A stretch of DNA of 64,000 bases from a virus. Lineage: Duplodnaviria > Heunggongvirae > Uroviricota > Caudoviricetes. The position numbers and the translations under genes were made by a program. The notes beneath the pieces were generated by a model. The model ran no database searches, was not told the DNA's origin, and worked only from the letters and a program-made list of their open reading frames with translations. The number at the start of each line of letters is the position of its first letter. The stretch's first letter is position 1. This document shows positions 9,513-18,773 of this stretch, piece after piece. The stretch lies in the IMG/VR virus record IMGVR_UViG_3300028666_000001, positions 128,086 to 192,085 of that record, one strand, 5' to 3'.

Positions 9513-11390
9513 ATGGCCTCAGTAATTTTTAGTAATGCACAAAGAATAATTGCACAAATTTTTGAGTGGTTGCAAACAACTGCTCAAGATAAGGTAGATA
9601 ATCTTATCACAGATACATTTTCGGCTGGGATAGATAATGCTACTACATCAGGTGAGGGATTCCTTGTAGTTCCTGGAACTAATAATACATCTGCAAGCCC
9701 TTCTGTGAATGTTACTCTTGGTGGGATTGCTTATGATCCAATCGGCAATAGAATTTTTATTAGCCCTACCGATGTTACTCTCTATAATGCTGCAAATGCT
9801 ACAGCCACTACGAATGATGGATTAGGTAATCTCCTTCCTACTCCACAATCTTCTGGTGTGATCAATATTCCTTTAACTCAATCTTCACAGAATTATCTTT
9901 GGATAGATTATCTTCCTGCCATTGATACATCTGCTTTTACATTGAATGAAGAAACAAATGCTAAGATTTTCTATAAACAAGTCGATGGCTATACAATTAG
10001 AGTAACAACTATCAATGTACCTCCAGATGCTAATTCTATTTTTCTAGCCTCTGTTAATATGACATTAGGTGGAGCTGTAGCATTTTCGAATATCTCTCAA
10101 GTTGGTCGTATCTACTATCAAATTCTGCCAAAAATTGTCCCAATCATAACCCCATTGGCAGATTTTTCAGATCGTACTCCACAGTATAATCCTGCTACGA
10201 CATATACATTAGAAGCACATATTAAAGCTGTTGGAACTGGTCCAGGTATTAGTCCTTTCAATCCTCATAATACATCATTGGCTGATTTAGGTATTTCTGC
10301 ATTAGATACTGTAGTCGGGCGTAGTCAAATTGAAGGTAATAACAATGTTATTTTGGCTGGAACAGTTGGAAATCCTTTTCCTTCTACTTCTGCTTTTGCA
10401 ACAAGTATTAATATTGTGAATCCTGGCAGTGATACACTTAATGTCTTTCAACTTCTCTCTTCTGAATATGCTATCATTAATGGTGTTGCTTTTAATGTTA
10501 CTGCTGTTTTCGGATTAATTCCTATAAATGCTACAGTAGGTTTTCCAGATTCTTCTGGTACTTACAATGTTTATTGGGACTCCGTTACTAAAGTTTTTGC
10601 AGTAACAACTGCAAGTATTGCTTCAGATGTCACTAAGTTATGGATTGCAACGGTTACATACTCATTCGTTGGGCATGGAGTTTCAGATCATAATGCTCTT
10701 TCTGGATTAATAGATCGTAGGTTAATCGGAGGTGCAACTAACTTATTGCAACGTTGGACTACATTAGGAAGACCAGCAAATCCACTAGTAGGTGAGTTTG
10801 GTTTTAATATTACATTAAATGCATTTGAATTTTGGGATGGAACTGCTTGGCAGCAATCTGTTGTTACTTCCACTAATGGAACTGTTCCAACTGGAGCTAT
10901 GCTTGACTTTGCAGGAACTGTTGCTCCTACAAGTTATCTGTTATGTGATGGATCAGCTGTCAGTAGAACAGTTTATGCCGCTTTATTTTCGGCTATTGGA
11001 ACAACTTGGGGATTCGGAGATGGAAGTACTACGTTTAATGTACCTGATATTCGAAGACGTGCTACTGCAGGTTCAGGTGGTGCTGCCACAGGTGTATTAG
11101 GTAATACTGTCGGAAATGTAGGTGGATCAGAAACACATACATTAACTATTCCAGAAATTCCAGCACATAGTCATGGTATAAGTGATCCTGGACATACTCA
11201 CGTTACAGTCAGAGCAATTGGAGCTTCAAACGGTGGTGGTTCTGCTCTTCTATCACCTCCTCAAGTTAACGTTGGTCCAATTTTCACTGAGGCTTCTGTA
11301 ACTGGTATTTCAGTTCAAAATACTGGTGGTAATGGTCCACATACTATTGTGCAACCAACTGCCATTGTTCTAAAAATTATTAAAATCTAA
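9513..11390 (+). CDS. Tail fibre protein with phage tail collar domain
   Basis: VPTGAMLDFAG..AP..YLLCDGSAVSRT.YAALF.AIGTTWG.GDGSTTFNVPD and GGSETHTLT..E.P.HSH. Confidence 0.9.
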   Translation: MASVIFSNAQRIIAQIFEWLQTTAQDKVDNLITDTFSAGIDNATTSGEGFLVVPGTNNTSASPSVNVTLGGIAYDPIGNRIFISPTDVTLYNAANATATTNDGLGNLLPTPQSSGVINIPLTQSSQNYLWIDYLPAIDTSAFTLNEETNAKIFYKQVDGYTIRVTTINVPPDANSIFLASVNMTLGGAVAFSNISQVGRIYYQILPKIVPIITPLADFSDRTPQYNPATTYTLEAHIKAVGTGPGISPFNPHNTSLADLGISALDTVVGRSQIEGNNNVILAGTVGNPFPSTSAFATSINIVNPGSDTLNVFQLLSSEYAIINGVAFNVTAVFGLIPINATVGFPDSSGTYNVYWDSVTKVFAVTTASIASDVTKLWIATVTYSFVGHGVSDHNALSGLIDRRLIGGATNLLQRWTTLGRPANPLVGEFGFNITLNAFEFWDGTAWQQSVVTSTNGTVPTGAMLDFAGTVAPTSYLLCDGSAVSRTVYAALFSAIGTTWGFGDGSTTFNVPDIRRRATAGSGGAATGVLGNTVGNVGGSETHTLTIPEIPAHSHGISDPGHTHVTVRAIGASNGGGSALLSPPQVNVGPIFTEASVTGISVQNTGGNGPHTIVQPTAIVLKIIKI

Positions 11391-11401
11391 GGAGATAAGC
11401 C

Positions 11402-11659
11402 ATGAGTGATTCAATCGTTAGCTGCAAGTTATATAGGGATATAGATAATTCCATTAAATATTATGAAGTTACTTTTTCATTTGGTGGGTTAGATGTTTTG
11501 TCTGGATGGAATCCTATTTACGTTTATCCACACAGCATGACTAATCCAACAGATTTGGAAGAAGTAAGAACATTAGCTTGTTTGCAAGCCACTGCTACCA
11601 AAGCTTTGTTTTCTTCAGCTGAGGAAATTACAACTATTAATGGACCTGTTTCGCTTTAA
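11402..11659 (+). CDS. Small protein after tail fibre (possible fibre chaperone)
   Basis: AAGGAG SD; position only. Confidence 0.5.
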   Translation: MSDSIVSCKLYRDIDNSIKYYEVTFSFGGLDVLSGWNPIYVYPHSMTNPTDLEEVRTLACLQATATKALFSSAEEITTINGPVSL

Positions 11660-11670
11660 GGAGTAACTTC

Positions 11671-12450
11671 ATGCATAAATATACTTGGAAACCAGATTTA
11701 CCAGATGTTCGTGATATTCATTACGGACCTGTTCACACCTATAGCATTGAAATGTTACCAGCAGCTGTAGATCTGCGCCCAAAATGTTCACCAGTTGAGA
11801 ATCAAGATCAATTGGGATCATGCACAAGTTTTTCTTTAGCTGGGGCTCTTGAATTTTTAGAAGAGCAATCTCTTTCCACAAAAACTGCTTCTGCTGAGAT
11901 TCTTGGCTCTACATTCATGCCATTCTCTCACTTATTCATTTATTTTAATGAGCGTGTGATGGAAGGAACTGTAATGGAAGATGGTGGTGGTCAGATTCGA
12001 GATGGTATTAAAACTTTAGCTACCCTTGGTGGATGTTCTGAGGCTATTTGGCCTTATGATGAATCCAAGGTATTTGATAAGCCCTCTGATGCTGCTTATC
12101 AAGAGGCTCTTCTGCATAAAATCACTACCTATGTACGTTTAGATACGCTTTCTGATATGAAGCATTGCCTTGCAGCTGGTTTTCCTTTCTGCTTTGGATT
12201 TACAGTTTATGATTCATTTGAATCACCAGAAGTTGCAGCAACAGGTATTGTAACAATGCCTAATCCAGTAATGGATAGCTGCGTTGGTGGACATGCTGTA
12301 TTAGCTGTAGGATATGATGATGCTGAGCAAGTAATGATTGTGCGTAATTCCTGGGGTCCTGCTTGGGGTCTAAAGGGTTACTTCAAACTTCCTTATGCTT
12401 ATATCTCTAATCCAGATTTAGCTTCAGACTTTTGGACGATAAGACGATAA
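11671..12450 (+). CDS. Papain-like C1 family cysteine peptidase
   Basis: LP..VDLR, catalytic QDQLGSCT, GGHAVLAVGYDD, RNSWG..WG.KGY. Confidence 0.95.
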   Translation: MHKYTWKPDLPDVRDIHYGPVHTYSIEMLPAAVDLRPKCSPVENQDQLGSCTSFSLAGALEFLEEQSLSTKTASAEILGSTFMPFSHLFIYFNERVMEGTVMEDGGGQIRDGIKTLATLGGCSEAIWPYDESKVFDKPSDAAYQEALLHKITTYVRLDTLSDMKHCLAAGFPFCFGFTVYDSFESPEVAATGIVTMPNPVMDSCVGGHAVLAVGYDDAEQVMIVRNSWGPAWGLKGYFKLPYAYISNPDLASDFWTIRR

Positions 12451-12461
12451 AAGAGGCTTAT

Positions 12462-12950
12462 ATGAATTGGTCAGACATTATTTCACAAGTTACGAATATT
12501 TTTACCCCTGCACAAACTCCAGTAGTACCTTCTTTCGATGGGACACAACTCTCATTGGTTAGAAAGTCTTCTGATCAATTTTGTACACAGGGTGAATTGT
12601 CTATTAATGGACAATTCGTGTGCTTTACTATTGAACTTCCTAAAGTTCATGAAAATGCAGCAAATGTTTGTATCCCATGTGGAACCTATACGGTATCTTT
12701 ATATCAAGGTTCTAGATGGCCCTTTAAAACTCCACTCCTAGATACTTCTGCTATAGGAAGATCTTACATTGAGATTCATCCAAGTAATTTTGCGATTAGA
12801 CCTTCTGATCTCAAAGTATTTCTTGAGGGTTGTATCGCTCCTGGTCTTTCCGAAGGTCAGGATTTTGATAATAGCTCTAAAGATGCTTGGGATCTAATGA
12901 TGTCTAAAATAGATTGGACAAAACCTGTCCGAATTACAATCTCAGAGTAA
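12462..12950 (+). CDS. DUF5675 family protein (L,D-transpeptidase-like; putative lysin)
   Basis: T.G.L......C.T.E.P, CIP.GTY, R..I.IH..N and EGCI.PG motifs. Confidence 0.8.
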   Translation: MNWSDIISQVTNIFTPAQTPVVPSFDGTQLSLVRKSSDQFCTQGELSINGQFVCFTIELPKVHENAANVCIPCGTYTVSLYQGSRWPFKTPLLDTSAIGRSYIEIHPSNFAIRPSDLKVFLEGCIAPGLSEGQDFDNSSKDAWDLMMSKIDWTKPVRITISE

Positions 12951-12972
12951 ACTTACCTACTTCAAAAACCCC

Positions 12973-13001
12973 TTGACATTACAATAGATTCCCTGTATAC
13001 T
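12973..13001 (+). promoter_or_regulatory. sigma70-type promoter
   Basis: TTGACA-17-TATACT. Confidence 0.85.
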
Positions 13002-13010
13002 TAATGTAGA

Positions 13011-13292
13011 ATGATTAAGTGTTATGGATGTTTGTCTAAGCCTATTCATAGGTTCAGTGATTGTTTGAGTGAAACATGCAGTTGTCCATGTGTGCGAGAA
13101 ATTTATTCAGCAGTTACGAATTTACAGATAGAAGACGTTTCTGAAACGAGTCCAAAATTTCTACGAATTGACAATGTGGAAATTAAAGCATTACCAGATT
13201 TGGCAAAAGAAGTGACGGAGTTTAATCATATTAGAAAAGATGAATGGCTTCCTAAAAAGAAAGATAAACGATTCAAACGAAGGAAGAGATAA
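13011..13292 (+). CDS. Small Cys-rich protein
   Basis: CxxC..H..C..CxCxC and basic C-terminus; first gene after promoter. Confidence 0.55.
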   Translation: MIKCYGCLSKPIHRFSDCLSETCSCPCVREIYSAVTNLQIEDVSETSPKFLRIDNVEIKALPDLAKEVTEFNHIRKDEWLPKKKDKRFKRRKR

Positions 13293-13295
13293 GAA

Positions 13296-14060
13296 TTGAT
13301 TACATTAAAATCTGCAGAACATTTAAAGCTTATTAAAAAGGCAGGAGAAATAACGGCTAATACGTTATCTTTTCTGTCTTCTTTTGTTGTTCCAGGTCGA
13401 ACAGGATTAGAAATTGATAAGTTGGCTGATGATTATATCAATGCTCAAGGTGGGACCGCTGCTTGTAAAGGGTATGGAGACTATCCAGCAAGTATTTGTA
13501 TTTCGGTCAATGCAGGAGCTGTTCATTGTATCCCAAATGATACACCCTTCCAGCCTGGAGATGTGGTCAAATTAGACTTGGTAGTAGATTACAATGGTTG
13601 GAAGGCTGATTCAGCTATAACCGTTTTAATACCGCCTGTCAAACCAGAGGTCAGAAAGCTTGCTGAGGATACCTATACAGCAATGCTGGCTGGGATTTCA
13701 GCGTGTATTGAAGGAAAGACGGTCCAGAGTGTCAGTAAGGCTATTTTTGACGCTAGGAGCAATTGTGGCGTTATTAAGGAGTTTACAGGACATGGTATTG
13801 GAAGAGATATCCATGAAGGCCCTCAGATTCCTAATTTTGTGGCAAAAGAGAAGAATTCTTTACTTGTAGCTGGAATGGTTCTTTGTGTTGAGCCAATCTT
13901 CTGTATAGGAGATCCAGCTATCTATCATAAGCAAAAAGAATGGAATACGTGGCTTTTCTCAGGTCAACCAGTAGCTCATTTCGAGCATACTTTACTAGTC
14001 AATCCTGCACCACTACCACCAACGGTTCTAACATTAAGAAATAACGAAAATATCCCTTGA
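13296..14060 (+). CDS. map: Methionine aminopeptidase type I
   Basis: SICISVN..AVHCIP, KLD...ADSA.T, GHGIG..IHE.P, EP, AHFEHT metal ligands. Confidence 0.95.
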   Translation: MITLKSAEHLKLIKKAGEITANTLSFLSSFVVPGRTGLEIDKLADDYINAQGGTAACKGYGDYPASICISVNAGAVHCIPNDTPFQPGDVVKLDLVVDYNGWKADSAITVLIPPVKPEVRKLAEDTYTAMLAGISACIEGKTVQSVSKAIFDARSNCGVIKEFTGHGIGRDIHEGPQIPNFVAKEKNSLLVAGMVLCVEPIFCIGDPAIYHKQKEWNTWLFSGQPVAHFEHTLLVNPAPLPPTVLTLRNNENIP

Positions 14061-14085
14061 CATTGTTACTTACTCCTGTTATACT
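14057..14085 (+). promoter_or_regulatory. sigma70-type promoter, probably leaderless
   Basis: TTGACA-17-TATACT with ATG 5 nt downstream. Confidence 0.9.
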
Positions 14086-14090
14086 AAATT

Positions 14091-14507
14091 ATGAGAAACA
14101 TTCTATTCATTTGTTCGGGTAACACTTGCCGAAGTCCTATGGCAATGGCTGTTGCCAGGACTTACCCTAAAGTGTATGCCTTTTCTAGAGGTCTTTCTGC
14201 TCTAGATGGTACGCATATATCTTCATGTGCTAAAACAGCTCTAGAAATAGCTAAGATTCCAGTGCCTCCTCATAAAGCACGAATGTTGCGGAAAGAGGAT
14301 GTGGCAAGAGCTGATCTTATTTTGGTGATGACTGGAATACACTTAAAAGATATGGGTATCATTTATCCAGAAGCTGCAGGTAAGACATTTATGATTAATC
14401 CTTTGGCTGATATTGCAGATCCTTATGGGATTGAGTTGGAACCTTACATTCAATGCCTTAAGCAGCTTAAAGATTTAGTTGATACTTGGTTGACTGAGAA
14501 AAAATAA
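14091..14507 (+). CDS. Low-molecular-weight protein phosphatase (YwlE-like Arg/Tyr phosphatase)
   Basis: ILFICSGNTCRSPMA P-loop; ADLILVM; DIADPYG. Confidence 0.92.
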   Translation: MRNILFICSGNTCRSPMAMAVARTYPKVYAFSRGLSALDGTHISSCAKTALEIAKIPVPPHKARMLRKEDVARADLILVMTGIHLKDMGIIYPEAAGKTFMINPLADIADPYGIELEPYIQCLKQLKDLVDTWLTEKK

Positions 14508-14510
14508 GCG

Positions 14511-14539
14511 TTGACAAGATAAGAATGTTCTGCTATACT
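14511..14539 (+). promoter_or_regulatory. sigma70-type promoter
   Basis: TTGACA-17-TATACT, followed by GGGAGG SD. Confidence 0.9.
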
Positions 14540-14575
14540 ATTTACAGATAGATAAACCCAGGGAGGGTAAATCAA

Positions 14576-15232
14576 ATGGAAAGACATTTCTTGAAGTGTT
14601 CATACTGTGAAAGACCGATGGCAGTTAATGTTGAAGGCATTGGTGAATTAAAATTTATTCTTGAACAGAAATGTCCCTTGTGTGGAGAGCTTGCTCTTCG
14701 TTACATGGGTCGTGTTCAGAAAACCAATCTTGTTCGTGGTACTGTTAAATCAGCTTGTGACCTTCGCTGCACTAATGCAGTAGGTCCTAAGTGTGATTGC
14801 GTTTGTGCCAATGAAAATCATGGTACACATCGTTTAGTGGTGTTTGATACAGTTGTTGGAAAGCTTGAAGTGGTTGAAAAAGATTTGCTCAATAACAATG
14901 AGGCTTATCTTGCTAGAATTAAACGCATGGCAGAAGCAAAGAATCGAATCAAAGTGAAGGTGATTACGTTCTTGACCTATAAGAATCGCAAGATTCTTAA
15001 TTGGCTTGCAGAGACGAAACAACCTGCGTATCGCTTGGCCTATGAAGAGTACCATGCCTATTCAACGTATCGTAATTTCTTGCAGAAAATTGACAAGATT
15101 GAAGATTTCAAAAGCATTCAGAAGAAGATTAACTCTCTTGCCCATTTGATTCCTCAAATTGGTGATACGCTCCAGTACTTAGAAGCGTTGAGTGCTGCGA
15201 AAGAGGCTGCAGAAGCTCAGGTGGTCGCATGA
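14576..15232 (+). CDS. Zinc-binding hypothetical protein
   Basis: Two CxxC plus CD.RC..A.G..C.C.C...NHG motif. Confidence 0.65.
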   Translation: MERHFLKCSYCERPMAVNVEGIGELKFILEQKCPLCGELALRYMGRVQKTNLVRGTVKSACDLRCTNAVGPKCDCVCANENHGTHRLVVFDTVVGKLEVVEKDLLNNNEAYLARIKRMAEAKNRIKVKVITFLTYKNRKILNWLAETKQPAYRLAYEEYHAYSTYRNFLQKIDKIEDFKSIQKKINSLAHLIPQIGDTLQYLEALSAAKEAAEAQVVA

Positions 15233-15347
15233 ATATCTATGGGACCGAGAAAGGGCCATTTTTCTGGAATAAGAATGCTATAATCATTAAGTTGTGGAAT
15301 AGTCTTACTAAAGCTGATTATGATGTTGTGAGGTTACGGCTAAATTA

Positions 15348-16328
15348 ATGGATAAGATCATTGAAATTAAATTTGGATCTCACTTATATGGTTGTGAGAC
15401 TCCTGAAAGTGACTCTGACTATAAATGTGTCTATTTGCCTGATGCACGAGACATTGTTTTAGGGAAGGTCAAAAAGACTATCTCAATCTCTCGTCCAAAA
15501 CAGCCATTTGAGAAAAATGTTAAGGATGATATTGATATTGAGACATTTAGCTTAGATCAGTATCTAAAACTCTTGTTACAGGGTCAAACGATGGCCTTAG
15601 ATATGTTGTTTGCCCTGCAGCGTCCTGAGATGATCCAAAGATTCAAAGGATCAGAGTTGTTTGACTATATTTCTGATAATCGTTTCTTGCTTTTGAACAA
15701 ACAGGTAAATGCTTTCCTGGGCTATGCAAGGCAGCAAGCTTCGAAGTATGGAGTGAAGGGATTTCGTGTTCATGCTTTAAGAGAAACATTAGAATTCTTT
15801 AAATCTTTTCCTCATGAGATGGATAGAGTTGATGATCATGCTGATGTTGTTCGTAAATTTGTCACTGAGCTTAATAATGAGCATGTGAAGATCGTTGATT
15901 TAGAAGCTCCAGATCATAAGCCGATTCCTCATGTGGAAGTATGCAGCAAATACATTCCTTTTACAGGAACGGTTAAACATGCGAAGACAGGGTTGCAAAA
16001 ACGCTTTGATGCTTATGGGCAACGTGCATTAATGGCAGAACGCAATGAGGGTTGTGACTGGAAAGCCTTAAGTCATGCCGTGAGGGTAAACAGTCAGGCT
16101 AAAGAACTTCTGCAGACTGGATTTATTACATTCCCAAGACCAGATCGGGAATTATTGCTGCAGATCAAACTTGGGCAGTTGCAATATAAAGATGTTGCTG
16201 TTATAATTGAGAAGGGTCTGGAAGATTTAGAGGATGTGAAACTTAAATCTACTCTTCGAGATGAACCTGATTATAAATGGGCTGAAGATTTTGTGTATGA
16301 TGTTTATTCTGGCATTGTAAGAGGCTAA
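15348..16328 (+). CDS. Phage nucleotidyltransferase (Pol-beta superfamily, NrdC.11/YcgL-like)
   Basis: FGSHLYG..TP.SDSD.K, GYARQQASKY, DWKALSHAVR, L.IK.G. Confidence 0.85.
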   Translation: MDKIIEIKFGSHLYGCETPESDSDYKCVYLPDARDIVLGKVKKTISISRPKQPFEKNVKDDIDIETFSLDQYLKLLLQGQTMALDMLFALQRPEMIQRFKGSELFDYISDNRFLLLNKQVNAFLGYARQQASKYGVKGFRVHALRETLEFFKSFPHEMDRVDDHADVVRKFVTELNNEHVKIVDLEAPDHKPIPHVEVCSKYIPFTGTVKHAKTGLQKRFDAYGQRALMAERNEGCDWKALSHAVRVNSQAKELLQTGFITFPRPDRELLLQIKLGQLQYKDVAVIIEKGLEDLEDVKLKSTLRDEPDYKWAEDFVYDVYSGIVRG

Positions 16329-16329
16329 T

Positions 16330-16509
16330 ATGAAACGAAAACGCTATTATGCGATAGAAACATACTCTTGGGATTGTAATAATCATAAGCAGATCATGTG
16401 GAATATCATTGATAGAAATGTGCATTCACTCTCTACCAAAGATCCTCGAATTGGTCAAGCTTGGAGTAAAGAAGCTAAAGATTTGATTATTAAGAAATTA
16501 AATAAGTAG
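16330..16509 (+). CDS. Small hypothetical protein (not in ORF track)
   Basis: ATG 16330 to TAG 16509, 59 aa, fills the gap before the tRNAs. Confidence 0.5.
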   Translation: MKRKRYYAIETYSWDCNNHKQIMWNIIDRNVHSLSTKDPRIGQAWSKEAKDLIIKKLNK

Positions 16510-16519
16510 GAGACTGAGT

Positions 16520-16591
16520 AGCGCATTTGCCTAGTGGGAGGGCAGAAGTCTCATAAGCTTCTATGAGTTGGTTCGACTCCAACATGCGCCA
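16520..16591 (+). tRNA. tRNA-Met(CAT) (Met/fMet/Ile2 identity unresolved)
   Basis: Acceptor AGCGCAT/ATGCGCC with 1:72 mismatch; loop CTCATAA; T-loop GTTCGACTC. Confidence 0.8.
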
Positions 16592-16615
16592 CTGAGTTTC
16601 TACAGTGGGTTGTGT

Positions 16616-16687
16616 GGACTCTTAGCTCATTGGTAGAGCGTTGCCCTGAAGAGGCAAGCGTAGGAGGTTCGATTCCTTCAGGGTCCA
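16616..16687 (+). tRNA. tRNA-Phe(GAA)
   Basis: GGACTCT/AGGGTCC acceptor; TTGCC-CTGAAGA-GGCAA anticodon arm; GGTTCGATTCC. Confidence 0.92.
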
Positions 16688-16709
16688 CAGAACTTATTGG
16701 GGATTTAGT

Positions 16710-16801
16710 CCACCTTTAGCACAATGGTAGTGCGGCAAGCTTATACCTTGCAAGTCCCAGATCGGGGCGTGACGTGGGTTCGATTCCTACAGGGTGGACC
16801 A
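16710..16801 (+). tRNA. tRNA-Ile(TAT) with long variable arm
   Basis: CCACCTT/AGGGTGG-A-CCA; GCAAG-CTTATAC-CTTGC; ~22-nt variable region with GTCCC/GGGGC stem. Confidence 0.88.
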
Positions 16802-16819
16802 AATTTCTGAGAAATTAGT

Positions 16820-16895
16820 GCTGAGGTAGCTCAATGGCTAGAGCAGCTGTTTTGTAAACAGCAGGTTGGAGGTTCGAGTCCTCTCCTCAGCTCCA
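16820..16895 (+). tRNA. tRNA-Thr(TGT)
   Basis: GCTGAGG/CCTCAGC-T-CCA; GCTGT-TTTGTAA-ACAGC. Confidence 0.95.
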
Positions 16896-16902
16896 ATTTC
16901 TT

Positions 16903-17082
16903 ATGAACAAGATACCTTGTAAACATTGTGAGCATTTTGAGAAGGATCATATTCCTCCTGGGTGTTCTGGATGTTATGATGCTGGATGGTATGAACAAAC
17001 ACCAGTTGGTCTAAAAATGTATTGCTATGATTATACACCAATGGATAACTTAGAGTATTTGGAGTTTGCAAGCCGTGAGTGA
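16903..17082 (+). CDS. Small Zn-finger protein with C-terminal DNLEYLE tag (not in ORF track)
   Basis: MNKIPCKHCEHFEKDH..GCSGC...CYDYTPMDNLEYLEFASRE*, translated by hand. Confidence 0.75.
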   Translation: MNKIPCKHCEHFEKDHIPPGCSGCYDAGWYEQTPVGLKMYCYDYTPMDNLEYLEFASRE

Positions 17083-17335
17083 TTATAATATTGGTGAGAA
17101 TCTTAATCCTGTTTTTCCTTGCATTTGTGGGCATTTAATTACAACTCATGGAGAAGAGATGGATGTGCAAAGTTCATGGGAATGGGATGATGATCATAAT
17201 GAAGAAGTTGAGATCCAATCATCTTATCCTCGTGCCGTATGTTATACTTGTGAAGCTGATTGCTATTTTGTAGAGATGACAAATTTAGAGTACTTAGAAT
17301 GGAAAAGCCTATTAAATGATTACCATCAACGTTAA
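17075..17335 (+). CDS. Small Zn-finger protein with C-terminal TNLEYLEWK tag
   Basis: CICGH...H...CYTC..DC.FVEMTNLEYLEWK; GTG start at 17075. Confidence 0.75.
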   Translation: MSDYNIGENLNPVFPCICGHLITTHGEEMDVQSSWEWDDDHNEEVEIQSSYPRAVCYTCEADCYFVEMTNLEYLEWKSLLNDYHQR

Positions 17336-18773
17336 TAATGTGAAGAGTCAGCTTGTGGGGGAACTTGACCCCAAGGTGATATCTGCGTTACGCTCCAAAC
17401 TGTCTGCAGAGATGGTTGGGGCTCTTTTTATGAAGAGATTTAGTAATTATCCTGGAGCAGGTATCAAATATTTCTTTACTCCTAAAACTCAGGTATTTCC
17501 TACTGGTATGATCCATTATGTACGAGATGTCCTGGATAAGTTTGAAATTGAATGGGAGATTGTTGATCATCGGCATCAAGCTGAGCCAGGGATCGAATTA
17601 CCTCTGCATGGTATAACTTTACGTGATTATCAGCAAGAGGCAGTTGATTTGGCTATCCAGAAGCAACGTGGTATCATAAGAGCAGGTACAGGAGCTGGTA
17701 AGTCCTCTATGCTCTCAGGGATTATTGCAAAGCTTAATGTTAAGACCCTTATCTTAATTCATAAGCAGGATATTTTCTATCAATTGATTAATACCTTTGA
17801 ACGTACCCTCAAAGTACCTATAGGTAAGATCGGGGATGGGGAATGTGACTTCCAGAACATTACAGTAGCTATGGTCCAGACGGTTGCCCATGTTTTTGAC
17901 CCAAAGGTTAAAGTCTTGGCTAAGGATAATAAGATTTTGCAGGAGAAAGGAGATTCAATCAGGCAGTTTCTCTCAGAAGTAGAATGTGTCTTGATTGATG
18001 AGGCTCACCATATAGCTGCAGATACCTTTTGGGATGTAATGCAGAATATTCCTAAAGCTACATACCGTATTGGGGTGACAGCTACAGCTTTTAGAGAAGA
18101 CAATATGGATTTAATGCTTGAGGGGGCTTTGGCTAAGAAGTTTGTTGATATCTCTTCTTCAGATTTGATTGATCGTAAATTCCTAGTTCCTCCATCTATA
18201 TTTTTATATCCCATAGCACACCAAAGACGTAAAAAGGGTGACACTTATGGTCAAGTATATAAAGAAGAGATAGTTGAGAACGTTGCTCGTAATCATATTA
18301 TTTGTAATTTAGCACTAAAGGCAAAAGCAGCAGGAAAGGCTGTCTTAATTGCTGTAACCCAGATTGAACATGGGGAAATTTTAGAAAAGCTGTTGCAATC
18401 TGTAGACAAATCTGCTATATTTGTAAATGGACAATCTAAGTCTGATACTCGTAAGAAGATCTTGCAGGAATTGGGCTCAGGTACTGTCAGAATTGTTGTG
18501 GCTACAAATATCTATTCAGAAGGAGTGGATATGCCAGCTTTGGCAGTTTTAATCAATGCAGCAGGTGCAGCATCAGGTATTCATTCATTACAATTGCTTG
18601 GGCGTGTTCTTAGAACAGCTCCAGGTAAGACAAAGGCTTGGGTTGTTGATTTACAGGATGATGGAAAGTTTTTAAATAATCACTCTAAAGAACGGGTCAA
18701 CATTTATTTAACAGAACCTCGTTATCAATTGATTCCCGTCGGGAGTATTCAAGAGGTGGATTTCAATGGTTAA
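17316..18773 (+). CDS. SF2 DEAH helicase (UvsW-like)
   Basis: LRDYQ, TGAGKS, DEAH, TAT, EGVDMP, QLLGRVLR. Confidence 0.92.
   Translation: MITINVNNVKSQLVGELDPKVISALRSKLSAEMVGALFMKRFSNYPGAGIKYFFTPKTQVFPTGMIHYVRDVLDKFEIEWEIVDHRHQAEPGIELPLHGITLRDYQQEAVDLAIQKQRGIIRAGTGAGKSSMLSGIIAKLNVKTLILIHKQDIFYQLINTFERTLKVPIGKIGDGECDFQNITVAMVQTVAHVFDPKVKVLAKDNKILQEKGDSIRQFLSEVECVLIDEAHHIAADTFWDVMQNIPKATYRIGVTATAFREDNMDLMLEGALAKKFVDISSSDLIDRKFLVPPSIFLYPIAHQRRKKGDTYGQVYKEEIVENVARNHIICNLALKAKAAGKAVLIAVTQIEHGEILEKLLQSVDKSAIFVNGQSKSDTRKKILQELGSGTVRIVVATNIYSEGVDMPALAVLINAAGAASGIHSLQLLGRVLRTAPGKTKAWVVDLQDDGKFLNNHSKERVNIYLTEPRYQLIPVGSIQEVDFNG

Noticed and set aside
16520-16591. Firm call as initiator tRNA-fMet
   Set aside because: It has a 1:72 mismatch but lacks the three consecutive G:C pairs in the anticodon stem, so identity was left open
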